Shown: positions 39,501 through 51,997 of the stretch, in pieces | Position numbering within the stretch: the stretch's first letter is position 1 | Layout: each line of letters opens with the position of its first letter | Assembly: GCA_000934665.2 (NCBI GenBank) | Contig: JYFJ02002433.1 | Location: forward strand, 1 to 57,132 | Direction of reading: 5' to 3' | Length of the DNA stretch: 57,132 bases | Source: Catajapyx aquilonaris | Lineage: Eukaryota | The notes under the pieces: generated by a model | Told to the model about the DNA's origin: nothing | The model's input: the letters and a program-made list of their open reading frames with translations, nothing else | Databases searched by the model: none | Position numbers and translations under genes: made by a program

Positions 39501-42500
39501 TCCAGGTTCCATTGGAAGTTTCAGAAGTGTAAGCTCTTGAGCATAAAATTACTACTCTGACAAACGTTCAAAGAAAAACCTATCATAGCATAATCGTCAA
39601 TAATAATTGACCAAAGCGCAGTTGAATGAAATACTTAACTTATAAAATTGATGTAGACATGCAGAAATTTAAAAATATTTGCAATAGGGAATGGAAGTAC
39701 ACTGGAACAGCACACCCTCGGTACTTATGCTACCACACAGGCTTCTCAGCTTTCTCAGAGTGAAGGATCAACTGGCACATCAGATCATGTTCACTTGCGG
39801 AATGTTACATATACAATTGCAAAACTTACGTAAGTCAGTTACATACTGTGTAATCATTAGACATGACGACAGCACTAAACATTCCCTTGCTTCATGAAAT
39901 TAAAAGCCTACAACAACGAAATCACATTTTGATTTAAGAATAATTCTGTTATCAACAATTATTGTCGAATGACAATGTCATTGGGAATCTGGTCAAAAAA
40001 TCCTCATAAAAATCTGGAAAACTTTGTGGACGACCTTAATAAGGTAATGGAGTTTTAAAAAACTAACTGCTTAATCCCACTTTACAGAGCTGCTCCTGTA
40101 CTCCACTGTAATCAACTTACGTGGTGTTATTGACGCTGAACTCATCACTTGCAAGGTACTTCAGGAAGTAAAAGCAGAAAAAGAATATCTCCTCTCCTTT
40201 GCTGAGTCTGTCCTGCAGGTTATGCCCAAAGAGCATCCAGTCATATGCAATAGTCAGGTACAGGATCTGTGAGGGGGTGAGGGATGCATGGGCTGCCCCG
40301 TCTGCCCACAAGGACAGCCTCAGGAGGCTGATAAACAGCGGCGTCCTGTCCCACCCACTGATGCAGTGCACCAAGACACCTGACTGCCCCTCTAACACAT
40401 GTTGCAGCATCAAGCGCAGATAGTTCTTGGTCATTCGCACCACATCCCACGCTTTATACTGCTTCCAGTCCACTCGCACTTTGCACGATATAGGATCAGA
40501 TGGGACACATATGGATGCATCCACATGTGTCTGGTTCCAGTCAAAAACCAGTCCAGCAGCCTCATAGTGGTTATCACGAAAGTCTTGGAAGAACTCACAT
40601 CCTGGGTATGGCAGGGAGATGATGGTGAACTCTGAGTAGCGATTCTCTTTGTCCACTTTTTCCGAAGAAGTCACACTGGGGGAAAAGGTAAAGATAAACC
40701 ATTGCAAAAGATATCACACAAGAACTTCAAGGCTACTTTGATATTGCACATCAAGGACTTTCAAAAATTACCTTTTTAAATATAAGTGCATGGCTAGCAT
40801 ATATCAACAAAAAACAAAAGATTACTGGCGCCAGTATGAATGATGAAATGTTCTTAAACCTCATGCCATTATACTTCCATGTTACATTAATGCAATCAAT
40901 CATTACAGGCAGTACCTTAGAGAAATATTTTGTATAGAAATATAATTAAATGTGTTCATAATGAAAACTCCACAACACGAAGAAAAAAACTTGCTGATAT
41001 TCCCCACAGAGCAATTCAACTCCTTATAATATAACCTAACTTACTTGACACCAAATTTGACCTTCTTCTTCTCCACCATAAGGTCAACAATGGTCCCAAC
41101 TCCCAGTGTCTTCAGCAACCTGATGTCCTGGCTTCTGACCCTATCGAACAACTGCCACTCGCTCTGAGTCTGAGGAACCACAATTTCCCCTTCCTCCTCC
41201 CCATCCCCATCCTCCCCCACATTTCTGTACATCTCTTGATTGCTGCCATCCCCACTTCCTCCCGATGAGAAGAAATAGTCCAGGCCTGACCTGCCATATA
41301 TCTCAGGACCTCCTGAGAGAGTAGCCGACCGGCAAATGCGCCTCCCTTTGTACAGGATGACTGGGACTGGGAACCTGGCCCGGCAGCGGGCAAACCTCGC
41401 CTTTCCAAACAGGTCCTTCAGCTTGGCGGGATCTGACGATCCATTGTTGCTCTCACTCAGAGAGCCATTGTTGTTGCTTTGCTGCTTCCCATCCACAACT
41501 GCAGCAGGGTCTTTCGTCTTCTCCTCCTCCAGGATGGCCAGTTGGCTCGGGTAGCTGGTGCTCAGCTCACCCTGAGTGTTGCTCACCGTCTGAAAAGCAT
41601 AGTGTTTTAGCATGACATAAACAGACGATTATGTGTGTTCTACAATTTTATCATGTCCTCCTTTCCATATCAGTAAAAATGCCAACCTTGGCCTTCAATT
41701 TCTGCTATAAAAATGCAACAATCTACTAATATTTATTAACAGATCTTTGAAACTACTGTACACAGATAAGACGCACATGTTGAATTGCGCTACTTTCCAT
41801 CATCAAACAAAAATTGATTAGTCTCACTGATAATTATTATGTAATTTTCTTGAAATTAACTGACCTCTCGTACATATCAAACTTTACATTTAAAAAATAC
41901 ACTTTCACTAAGAATGACTCAATGCTTATCAGTGGCTTGTTCCATTGCCCTCGTTTCTAACAATGCTTCCATTATCATTATCATAATGATAAGAACTCCA
42001 ATAAAAATAGCAAATTACCCAGACAAATTAGGTCACTTGTAGCAGACGCACCCAATTCCATTGATAACCAATATCTTAAAATTATTACGGAATTAGCAAT
42101 AATAATACGCAACACAGGCCATTAAATTTGTAAGATGTAGTAATCAGGTCTTGAATCAAGCTAAGTGATAAGCCTTATTATCAGTGCCTGGTATCATGGT
42201 GTGTGTCGGAGGATGGACGGGGGAGTGTGCAACTTACCACATATTTGTAGTCCTGATCCAGCAGATGAAAACACTTGTCGATTGTATGCTGGGCCTGAAT
42301 AAAAAAGAACCAGGGCAATCAACCAAGTCTGTTTCAAATAAACCGCCAATAAACCTCTGTAGTACTAGTCTAAATGTAGCCTGGCCTCAACCCAGCAATT
42401 TCATTCGCAGTTACCTCAACACCCCACTCCCTGCCCTTGTTCCCCACATCTCCTCCCCTTCCCATTCTGGACCAAAATAAACAGACCCAGGCACAATAAA

Positions 42501-43410
42501 CAAAAGGTTCTCTGCAATTTGTACCAACACATTTTCACTGTAATTGCATATTGGTCTATCTCAAAGCAAAAACATGGTTTTGATAATATCACTATTAAGG
42601 ATTGACAAAATATCTCCTTGACATTGAAATTTAATAATTCACTCTCTCCCGAGTGTAAATTTTTCATTACAATCTATTTACAGTCCAACATTATGTATCA
42701 CACACTTTATGTCAATGACTGATGTGTTGCTTACTGACGCAAGTTCAATATCATGTTATTAGTGATAAGGCTTAATGTAATTAAGCAGGCATACTTATTA
42801 GGCTGTAGGTTCATTATAATGAATTTGATTTGTTTTGCTTGCAAATATGCATTTTGGCTCATGTATTTGTGGAAGCAACCAATATACAGTCAATGTATGG
42901 ACACTCCGACATGACTCAGCTACTTGAACTGCAATAAAAAGAATTCGTTTGTTGGATAAAAATGAGTACAAAAAGCAATACAGTGGCTTGAAGGTTAATA
43001 TCAAGTCCAATTTCCACATTGAATGGGCAATGAGCATGAGGAATGGCTGCACGACTGCTGGAACCAGACAGATGTTACCATGTCCTCCGCCATCAAGAAA
43101 CAAGTGGCAAATGGGGCTGCTGGAAATGATAACGATCCCTTTGGAAAACCAGACAAGGTCATTTCACTACCAGCAGTGGTCAGCAAGAAAAATGAAACCC
43201 AAGCTGACCTTTCCCCACACCGCCCTCAGAGGGTCCAACCTTTGACCTTTTCCCCCCTCCCGCCCACATGTGTGTGCCACTCCCAGATGGTACCTCAGGG
43301 TCGTGGTCCTTGGCCCTGTAGGTGGTCTTGGCGAAGTGTTCCAGCAGCCTTCCCAGCTCGGCCTTGATCAGCTCCTCCTCAGACGGCGGGAATGCCCCCA
43401 TGTCGCCCAT
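36555..43410 (-). CDS. MTMR14: Myotubularin-related protein 14 (Jumpy/EDTP) phosphoinositide phosphatase (~691 aa)
   Basis: Exons 43410-43294, 42294-42238, 41589-41045, 40675-40121, 39342-38902, 38011-37910, 37685-37593, 36720-36555 join in frame. ARFARCRARFPVPVI, DLMVEKKKVKFGVNVTSSEKVDK, catalytic CX5R loop VHCISGWDRTPLF, GSWQIISGTGS, C-terminal RKERLDAVRSLFYATYS..LLGNFAEKVG. Confidence 0.96.
36904..37087. mobile_element. Short Tc1/mariner-like element in the last coding intron of MTMR14
   Basis: TA-CAGGGTGACTCTTAAAGTCAGGATAC versus (rc) TA-CAGGGTGCCTCAAAAGTCAGTATAC; TA on both sides. Confidence 0.72.
37120..37570. mobile_element. Tourist-like PIF/Harbinger MITE (451 bp) in an MTMR14 intron
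   Basis: 38-bp TIRs GGGGGTGTTTTTGsTCCCTCTCCAGGAAGATGGAGAGG with one mismatch; TTA TSD at 37117-37119 and 37571-37573. Confidence 0.9.
38090..38530. mobile_element. Non-autonomous DNA element with 8-bp TSD (P-element- or hAT-like) in an MTMR14 intron
   Basis: TIRs CArAGAGTTCTGCTATAATATA at both ends; TSD GTCTTACA at 38082-38089 and 38531-38538. Confidence 0.85.
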
Positions 43411-43898
43411 GCCTTTCCAGCGACGGTCCACGTTGCTGCTGCTGCTGCTACTCTTCTTGTAGACGACCTTCCCCTGGGCGACAAGCCACGAGCTCTCATC
43501 ATGCCCCGCCAGCTCCGTACCTTCTGCTGCCCTCCTCCGTCCTTCCTCCGTCGACCAACTGACCACAACTGCGCCACATTACAACCTCCGTTATGGATGG
43601 GGGTGTGTACGAGGCACAGGAAGCGGCGACCCCCACACACACGCCTTAAGGGGCGCCACGCTGCATTTAAGCAGTACCTAACAGTGGACACAGAGGGCGA
43701 CACCCGCATGCCCCACTGGCGACACCTACCGCCATATTATCCAACCTACTCCGTCACGCAGGGTAGCCAACCCGCATGTGCGTCACACAGTGTAGCCAAC
43801 CGTCGTCCCCTTTCTTCTCCCCCCTGGAGGCTGGTGCGCTGCGCTGTGCTGTGCTGTGGTCGGACCCTTCCTTCCTGTCCGGACCCAGTGATGCCCCA

Positions 43899-46086
43899 AT
43901 GGACCCCGAGCACGAGTGGGAGACCAGGTTCACAAAGCTCGTGAGGGAGGCGGAGACAAACATTGTCAAGATTTTTAGGGTACGGTTCCCGCATTGTCTT
44001 GTGGACAGTAGTGGGTGGATACGGTAGCGACTTTTTTTAATTTTAGACTCTCCTTAGCATTATCTAACCATTTGTTAGGTAACCAGGTGGGAAATACTTT
44101 TATGCAACTTTTTCCCGCTTCAAGGGTATAGACAGGTTAAACTTGTCTACGGAATGAGATAAAAACTGGTGCGGATTTTGTGGGAATTGCACAGTACGCA
44201 GGCCATAGCGGTGCAGGCAGTAGTTGTAAATAATGAGCAGCATGCGAGTGGACGGACCCCTGCTGGTATCACATTAACTTGGTGTTAACAATTTTGTTGG
44301 TTTTGCATGGTAGTTTTAACAGCATCTGGGGAGTTCAAGCACAGTTTGCACTTGATGACTTATGAAGCACCAATGGGTTATGGGCACTTGCTCTGGTCAT
44401 TAACTGGATGGAAGTCATCTAGCATAAATATAGATGTCGTGTCATGGATGGGAAAGTCAGCCAGATAACGAAAACTCTATTATTAGAAGTTTATAGTTTT
44501 GTTTGGTTCAGCAACAATGGACTCATCCAATGTTGCCGAAGTTTTCCTTTTAATTAGAACGATAAACTTGCTGCTAAATACCACAAAGCTGGCATGAATA
44601 ATAATGTAGTGGGACTGGCAATACTACAGGATCATATTTACACACTTAGCATGGACTTACATTATTCTAATACAACTTATTAGATCCCATGTGTTAATTA
44701 TCATTAATTTAAAGAGGAATTTTTATGCTGAATTATAGGATGGTAATTAATGTTAATGTCGCAATTGTTCAGGATAATTGTTAATACCGTAGTAACACGC
44801 AAAACGTCGTATACCCTTAGCAATTGTTATATTTTAAAACCTGTTTCCCAGAAGCACCTGCCAAGTCGCAGGGCGGTCCCAGGCACAGCAATGGAGATAA
44901 CATCAGTGAAGGAGCCCAACAACGAAGTGTACCGTAAATCCTGCCTGGACTCGCACTTGAACATGGCTGCCGACCAGAGTGTTAACCTGGATTCCAGGTC
45001 AGGGATCTGGAGGTTGAAGATGAAAGCGAGGGAATGGGACGAGAGGCAGAATGACATCAACCGGCTCAGGAATGGGTCAGACGCAGACCTGACGCAAGCC
45101 GACTCGGGTCAGGAAGAGGCCAGGCGGCTGAGGGCCGAAGTGGCTGAGCTGCGTCAAGCCGGGGAGGAGAGGGAGAGGCGGGTGTGTGCCCTGGAGACTG
45201 AGAAGAAAGGCCTCCTGGCCAGGCTGCAGCAACTGGAGAACCGGGTCGTGGCGCTGGAGGAATGTGAATCATGCCAGTCCAAGGGTGGATCTAGAGCAGG
45301 GAGGATACACAGGTGGGGAGAGAAGGAGGAAGGAGCGGGAGGGGGCAACAAACTGACCAAGCAAGTTCAAGAGCTGAAGGAGAAGGTGGACTCCCTGCAG
45401 GATAAGGTCGAGGCTGCCCTTAGCCCCAAGCAGGTCAGTCTCATTTTCTGAAGGTTTTTTGAAGTCGAAGAGAGTGAAAAGGTGTTTACCAATGGTTAGA
45501 AATGTTTACCAGTAAAAGTAAACACGAGTGAAGGCCAGTCAACTCCAATGATAATATACTATCAGGAGGGTTTGATGTATGTGCATGCCTATTGGCCAAT
45601 CCATCAAGATGTATAGCGTTTCAATGTGAAATGCCACATGTGGGAAGTATTGTGCAAATTCCTTCATTAATTCCCCTTGATTTGCATGAAATGCATGTTT
45701 CTTTTGAAATATTTTCTATATTATCAGGAAGGGTTGCCATTTACCTTTTACAATATGTCAAGGCTAACAATTCTGGTGGTCAATACATGCTCAAGAATGG
45801 AGCTGATTCTGACGACAATGAGCTGGGCCCAATATTGGATGACCACTACGGTCCAGCAGACTCGGACCGCAACAAAGGTGCAGAGTTGCCGTCTGCATCG
45901 TCACTCAGCAAGGACATCTTTGAAGGCGAGTTAGAAGATTGGGGTGAGTTGGAGTGACATGTGTTTTTGGGTGGAATGACCTCAACATATTCCTTGTGCA
46001 TTGCAGACACCACCGATGAGCTCAGCCTTGAAGAACTCAATCTTAGCTACACTGATGGGGACAGCAGTGGAAGTGTGGTGAATTGA
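43899..46086 (+). CDS. Uncharacterised coiled-coil protein with acidic tail (~307 aa)
   Basis: Exons 43899-43979, 44852-45433, 45763-45943, 46007-46086 in frame with GT-AG ends. MDPEHEWETRFTKLVREAETNIVKIFR, central heptads EARRLRAEVAELRQ..LLARLQQLENRVVALEE, tail WDTTDELSLEELNLS; AATAAA at ~46166. Family not recognised. Confidence 0.72.
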
Positions 46087-48273
46087 TGACCTCAGTGGTC
46101 TGTTTTGAGTATGTTGATTTTATGTTTTATGCTTTATGGGACTTGCAGGGGGCATATTGTGCATAAATAAATGCTATAGCCACAACTGGTGCTGAGAATA
46201 TGTTTTTTATATTAGCCATTTGGGATGTGACTGCATTGTTTAATAGTTCAAGAGCACTGGCTTTTCCTTCACTGTCCTCTAGCGACAAGGTAAAGTTGCA
46301 TCTGGGCGATTAGGAATGACACTGAATAAAACAAGCCTGAAAATTATACATAGCAGTTATCATTATTACTTGGGTATTGCCCAAAATGGATGCAAATAAT
46401 CGTAACTGCAGTCTTCTAAACTCTGGTCAAGTTGATTAATATTAGGAAGGTCTTTGATTGACGGCAAGGTGCATGCAGCAAAGATTGCCTGTAATTTGCT
46501 CCTTGCCTGTGGGGCAATTATTATCTTTCAACTGGACTGTGCCAATCTTTGCAGGTGGTGCTGGCATCTCGGCGGCAGGGTCTCCACAACTTTGGTTGCT
46601 TGGATGAGAAAATTATTTCGCATAGAATAAGTTTGGTGTGGTGGGGTAATTTTGGTTTCTGAAATGCCTGGATTATGCGTCACTACCCCCTTTTTTTTTT
46701 CAAGAAACTCCCTCATTGCTCTTTACTGTGTGTTGAAATGTGCATTTTAACCATTTTTATAGTCTAGGTATACTGATCAAGCGTGATATAAGAGAATAAA
46801 TGCAGGGTTATCCAGTTGAAACATCTGTTTTAGTCAGCAATTTCTTGACACTTTGATGTGGTTATTTTAAGGTGTCAAAAGCATATTAGCTGCTAATATT
46901 AGGCCAGATTTAATTATCAAAGCTGACTCGGAATTGCAATGAATTTCCTATTGGGAATGGCCCAATGCTGGAACCAGGTGTCAATTGGCTATGATAGAGC
47001 CCATTTTTTGCAGGCTTTGAAAAGGATGGGGTCAAGCAACATAATATCAGCTGCTAATAATCATCAATAAAAGAAGCTGTTCACAAGAAAAAGCTTAGAA
47101 ATAATTCCTAACTCAAGCAGACATTTCAGTTGGAATACTCTGCGTACAAAAAAAAGTATTGTTCTAACACTGTTTTCATCTGGAGGGTATTTTTTAACTG
47201 CCAAAGAATATTATACTGTCAGTTTTTGTTATTCATTTTTTGTTACATGGTTTAAATTGGATTAAGTTGTACTCCAGTTATTTAGTCACATGGTGCACAT
47301 GTTGATAGCCTGTTCTGGGAATGTGTTATAGTCACTTACGTAATTTTGGTAGCAGTATCTAATGGTTGAGCATGATGGTGTGCTGTAGCTTGTTCATAGT
47401 TTTAACCTCTGTTGGCTCGGATTGCAGCGAAATGATGACACCTGGTACATGCAAGAACTACAATGATTGCTTGTGAACCAAAAGCAGTAATATCAAGTCA
47501 GGGAGCATGCTCCACCTCTGAGCCCTAAGACACATCCCCTTGTTGCCACACCATAGTAATCATGACCAAGTAGTGAGCGATCAGCACTGGATACAGCTAC
47601 CAAAAGTACTTAAAACATAGTGAGATATCTGAGTGGCTGCCTTGGCTGGCCTGGCTGAGCCCCCCGTTCAGGAGTGACAACTGATTATTTTGAGCCAACA
47701 GAAACAACAAAATGCAACAGAGGGAAATAACAAAATGATCACCAGTAATAGAAACAATGCCAATGGGGAGGCAGGGCCAGGCAAGGACATGCTTCAGAAT
47801 CTGACTAGTGTGGTGGTACATATATTTTGTTAGCATGAAAATATTGCTGGGAGAAAATGCTGTTCATAATGATGTTTGCTATGTTCTAATGGCCAAATTT
47901 GTCTTTTGTAGGGCTATGTCATGCTTTAGATATTCAGCTCTTTTTTCTGTTTGCTGCATCTTTTTGCAGACATGTTGAATTCCCTTAGATGCATATGTAA
48001 AACTGCAGTATCAGTAACAAGACAAGTTGCATTGTGAAGACTGGAAGGTTTTTATAAGTTGGTTTAATAAATAAGGATTTCTTGTTCAGCAAAACGGCTG
48101 TTTTTTTCCATTTGAAAAGGGTACCTTTGAATAATAAAATTTAGGTCTTAAGGATAACACTGGAATAAAACACTTGCAGTAATATATTACACAACAAATG
48201 GAATACATGTGAGGGGCACTCAGTTTCACAAGGGAACATACCTTCCCAGTGGGAGCCAAGAAAGTGGCTTCAT

Positions 48274-51200
48274 CTAAAAGCGAGCATGTCGACCGACTTT
48301 GTCAAATACATCAGGAAATGCTTTCTTGCAACCCAACTGATCCCTCTGCTGGTTGTACAAGGAGTGATCAAACATTTGTCGAAACTCTTCTTTCGTCATA
48401 TATGTGTCTGCATACAGCATCTGAAATCTAGAGAAATTACATTACAAAATGCAGGTTAGCAGGTTGTCACATGTGAAGCCACGACATACCCATGAACCTT
48501 CCTCACAAAGTCCTCAATCTTCCTGGTAGTCTCCACTGGGTGGAATCCTGTAATCTTTGGGATCCCATAGATCCCAATGTCCACATACATTTCTTCTCCT
48601 TCTCCTTCGGGATGGACCATCCCTGGTTCTGGTGTGAGCTTCATTGGGCAGAGCCACATTGGATACACCTTGACCTCCCGATCAAAGAACTCGATGGATT
48701 CTTTCAGGTCTTTCATGGGGACCAGCATGTCTTGGAACATGTTCCTCTCTTCATACAGTTTTGCAATTGCCTTGGTCTGTGTTAGTTTCAACAGGGACAC
48801 TTTGGGGGGCACCATCCAGCCAAAGAAAAAGCGAAACAATGCATTATTGCCAAATGGAATGATCTCTTGCATATTCCAGAAGATACTGCGGGTGTGACGG
48901 TGGAAATAGTCACGAAGGGGTATGTATTCTAGGCCCTTTCCAGTGCGGAGGAAGCTCTCCACATGCTTGTAAAACCATGGCTTGTACCACTTGCTTATTT
49001 GATTTAACTGGAATGGAAACAAAAACAAATTAAATATATCATGCAAATTCTGGAGGGTGCAACATATTAACATGGACTCTAACTTGAGGAATTTCTAGAC
49101 AGCGAGAGATTTGGTTGTCAAGTGGTTTATTTCCATAGTGATAATTCCTATGGTTCTAATTCCTGTGTTTTCCTGCTGCTAATGTACCAATATGAAGGTG
49201 AAGTGATAATGAGTGATAAGGAAGATAATTTAAAAAATTTCTTTTTAACACAGTGATAAAGGCAAGTTATATCCATCCATATCTACTACACCCATGCAAT
49301 TTTCACAACACTGCACTGCTTAATACCCATGCAAGGTCTTTAAAATACCTATACAAAGGCAGTACGTGAAGAGGGTAAATATAAGAGTTGTGCATTTTTA
49401 TCAATTAGGCCTTCGTATTGCTCAAGATATCTCTAATCACTTTGCTGTGCCTAGGATGACATCGGAATCTTGCTCAGGAAGCGATAAACCTTACCTTAAC
49501 TTTGAAAAATAACTTATGACCACTTAACAAAGTGCGTTCCTTGCATGTTATACATACCTTGTAAGGATCTGCAGATGACACCATATTAGCTGTCATGATG
49601 ACTCCTTGGTCCTTATTGAACATTATTCCTTCCACAAACTGGTTGTCCTCTTCCTTCTCAACCTCATTACGAAAAACTTCCAGAGCATGGGCCAGTGAGT
49701 GAACTGGCTGGTATTCGAGCTTCACAAACCTCTGGTTAGGAATTATCTTCAGCTCCACAGCTGTCAAGAAGCCCAAGGTGCCATACGACCAAGGAATAGC
49801 GTAAAACAATTCTGGCCTCTCTGCCTGGTAAAGATGGGGAAAAACATGGGAAATGGTGGTGGGGGGAAAAACATCAGATGTCTAGTGTCTGGAAGTTAGG
49901 GTCAATACACTTAGGTTATGTAAGTAGGGTGACATGACCCCATGTTGGGTGATAAGATTCTAGAGTGAGACCATTCACACAATGTGTCAGTTCTTGAATT
50001 AATCAAACAATGTTTCAAGTGCAGATATGACAGATAATGACAATGTATGAAGATGAAGTGTTAAGACTTGCCAATAGAGTTTGTGGTTCAGTTATTAACA
50101 AAGTACCTTAGAGCAGGTGACAACATTTCCATCAGCAAGAGCAACTTCAAAGGACACACAAATGTGCTGGAAAAGCCCGTGCTTATGCGATGATGTCTCT
50201 ACGCCACACCCCATCACCAGTCCACCTGCAACAACCAATAATTTTTAAATATCTATGCATCAAACATTTTCACATCAATGGCTTACCAACTGTGAGGTCA
50301 TCCATCTCTGGCTGTACTGGCAAAGCCCACCCCAATGGGTCCAGAAGGTTGGTCAGTTGACCCATAGTAACAAGAGGTTCTACTCTGACCGTCTGAAACA
50401 TTTACAATGTCATTATTCATAGCATGAAACATATTTGTGAATTCTGTACCCTCTTGTATGCATCAAGTTCCAGCACATCCACTAAGTTGATGCTGATCTT
50501 CTGCAAAGTCTCCTTGTATTTTGGTTGTCTGAAGCTTATGGTCTGCCATCCTGGACGAGCTGTGCACATTTGCTTGTCAGCCCCTGACGACATCCATTCT
50601 CGAATCTGTCATGAAATAAGAAATGTTGAATACCTACCCTCGTTATTGCCTAAATTAATGAGGAAAGTCATGTATCATAAGACAGATAATAAACTATAAA
50701 ATGTATTACAATGTAAAGGTGAGGGATGAGATCTCCTGATGGCCTTTTGATAAGAATCGCACCAAACTGATAGGCAACAATACTCATTCTGGGAGACGTA
50801 ATCTGAAGGATTCGTGTCATTTTATCATTCTCGTTACAGATTACTACCATCAGGAACGAATCCCTTCTCCCTACATCTCCCTCTTGCACTTCGAACCTTC
50901 CCACAGATAGCTTGTCCTCACTGTTGGTTCTAGTGCAGGATGTCCCTTAGTAAGTATATATTTCTCACTGAATCATCATTATTGCACAGTATGTATAGTC
51001 TACAGTCACTTTCTCCGTAAGCTAAAAACCTCTAGAAACCGGAAAAACACTGGTTGTAATGTACTATTGTTAAAACCCATCCCATGGCAGCAATTTATGT
51101 ACTGTATATCTCAATGTCTATTTTTTCAAAACATATCAACACATGGTATCAAGCGAATCAATTGGGTCAATGAATTAGGATACAAACATGTTTAATTAAA

Positions 51201-51684
51201 AAATTATTTTTGAATACTAATAATACGACGGACTTAGTACCATCCTGGTTCAACCTACGTGACATTCAGTCTGCCCTTTCCTAGTTTTTATACTTATCTA
51301 GGAACAAACTACAAAATCAATGATAGGCTCAAACAATCCAGGAAAATCAACTAAAAGACAAATATATGCTCCGTATATGGAACAGAAATGAACTTTTTGA
51401 CGTAACACACAAAAAATGCAATAATGCGTTATTACCTGTCTCTGGACGTCCTTGACTTTCTTATCATGCTGCTTAGGAGCGCTGCTCAGATGGAAAATGA
51501 CCCAACTCCTCGCGAAGTATAGTACGTCATAAATAAGAGAAGCAGGCAGCAAAAAGAAAATGACAAACAGCCATCGATAGTTGACCAAAACGTACTCCAA
51601 AATCTTGTCGAAATATGCCTTGTAGTTACCCATCTGGTCCCCCTGAGTACTTTCCTGCCGTTTGAGAACTGTGCCGGTCGCCAT
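48274..51684 (-). CDS. DHCR24: Delta(24)-sterol reductase (FAD-linked oxidoreductase, ~522 aa)
   Basis: Exons 51684-51436, 50605-50450, 50392-50287, 50225-50107, 49824-49558, 49007-48490, 48427-48274 in frame. [114 protein letters not shown]. Confidence 0.97.
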
Positions 51685-51997
51685 GTGAGATCCTTCACAC
51701 ACTGGACTAATGCATGGACACGTTCCCAAGGCCGATCCTTTTTATCTTTGCACCCCCCACCTCCTTATGTAGTACACCCCACTGCCCCCTGTCTGCCTTT
51801 TCACATCATCAGGAATGACCAATCCGAGGTTGGGGGTGACTTAAGAGATTCATGAGTTTCTTAGGTAACGGTCCAGTCTGGCAGGATTCGAGGGCAGTGA
51901 GGTCACTTGCTATATACAACCAAAAATTGAAGCACACGACCTCCTGAACCGGAGGGGCAAAAGGTCATACATATATTATGTGTATATCTCATATATC

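Noticed and set aside
43270..43944. 224-aa plus-strand ORF
   Set aside because: Antisense to MTMR14 exon 1 and spans the GC-rich divergent promoter; no domain signal.
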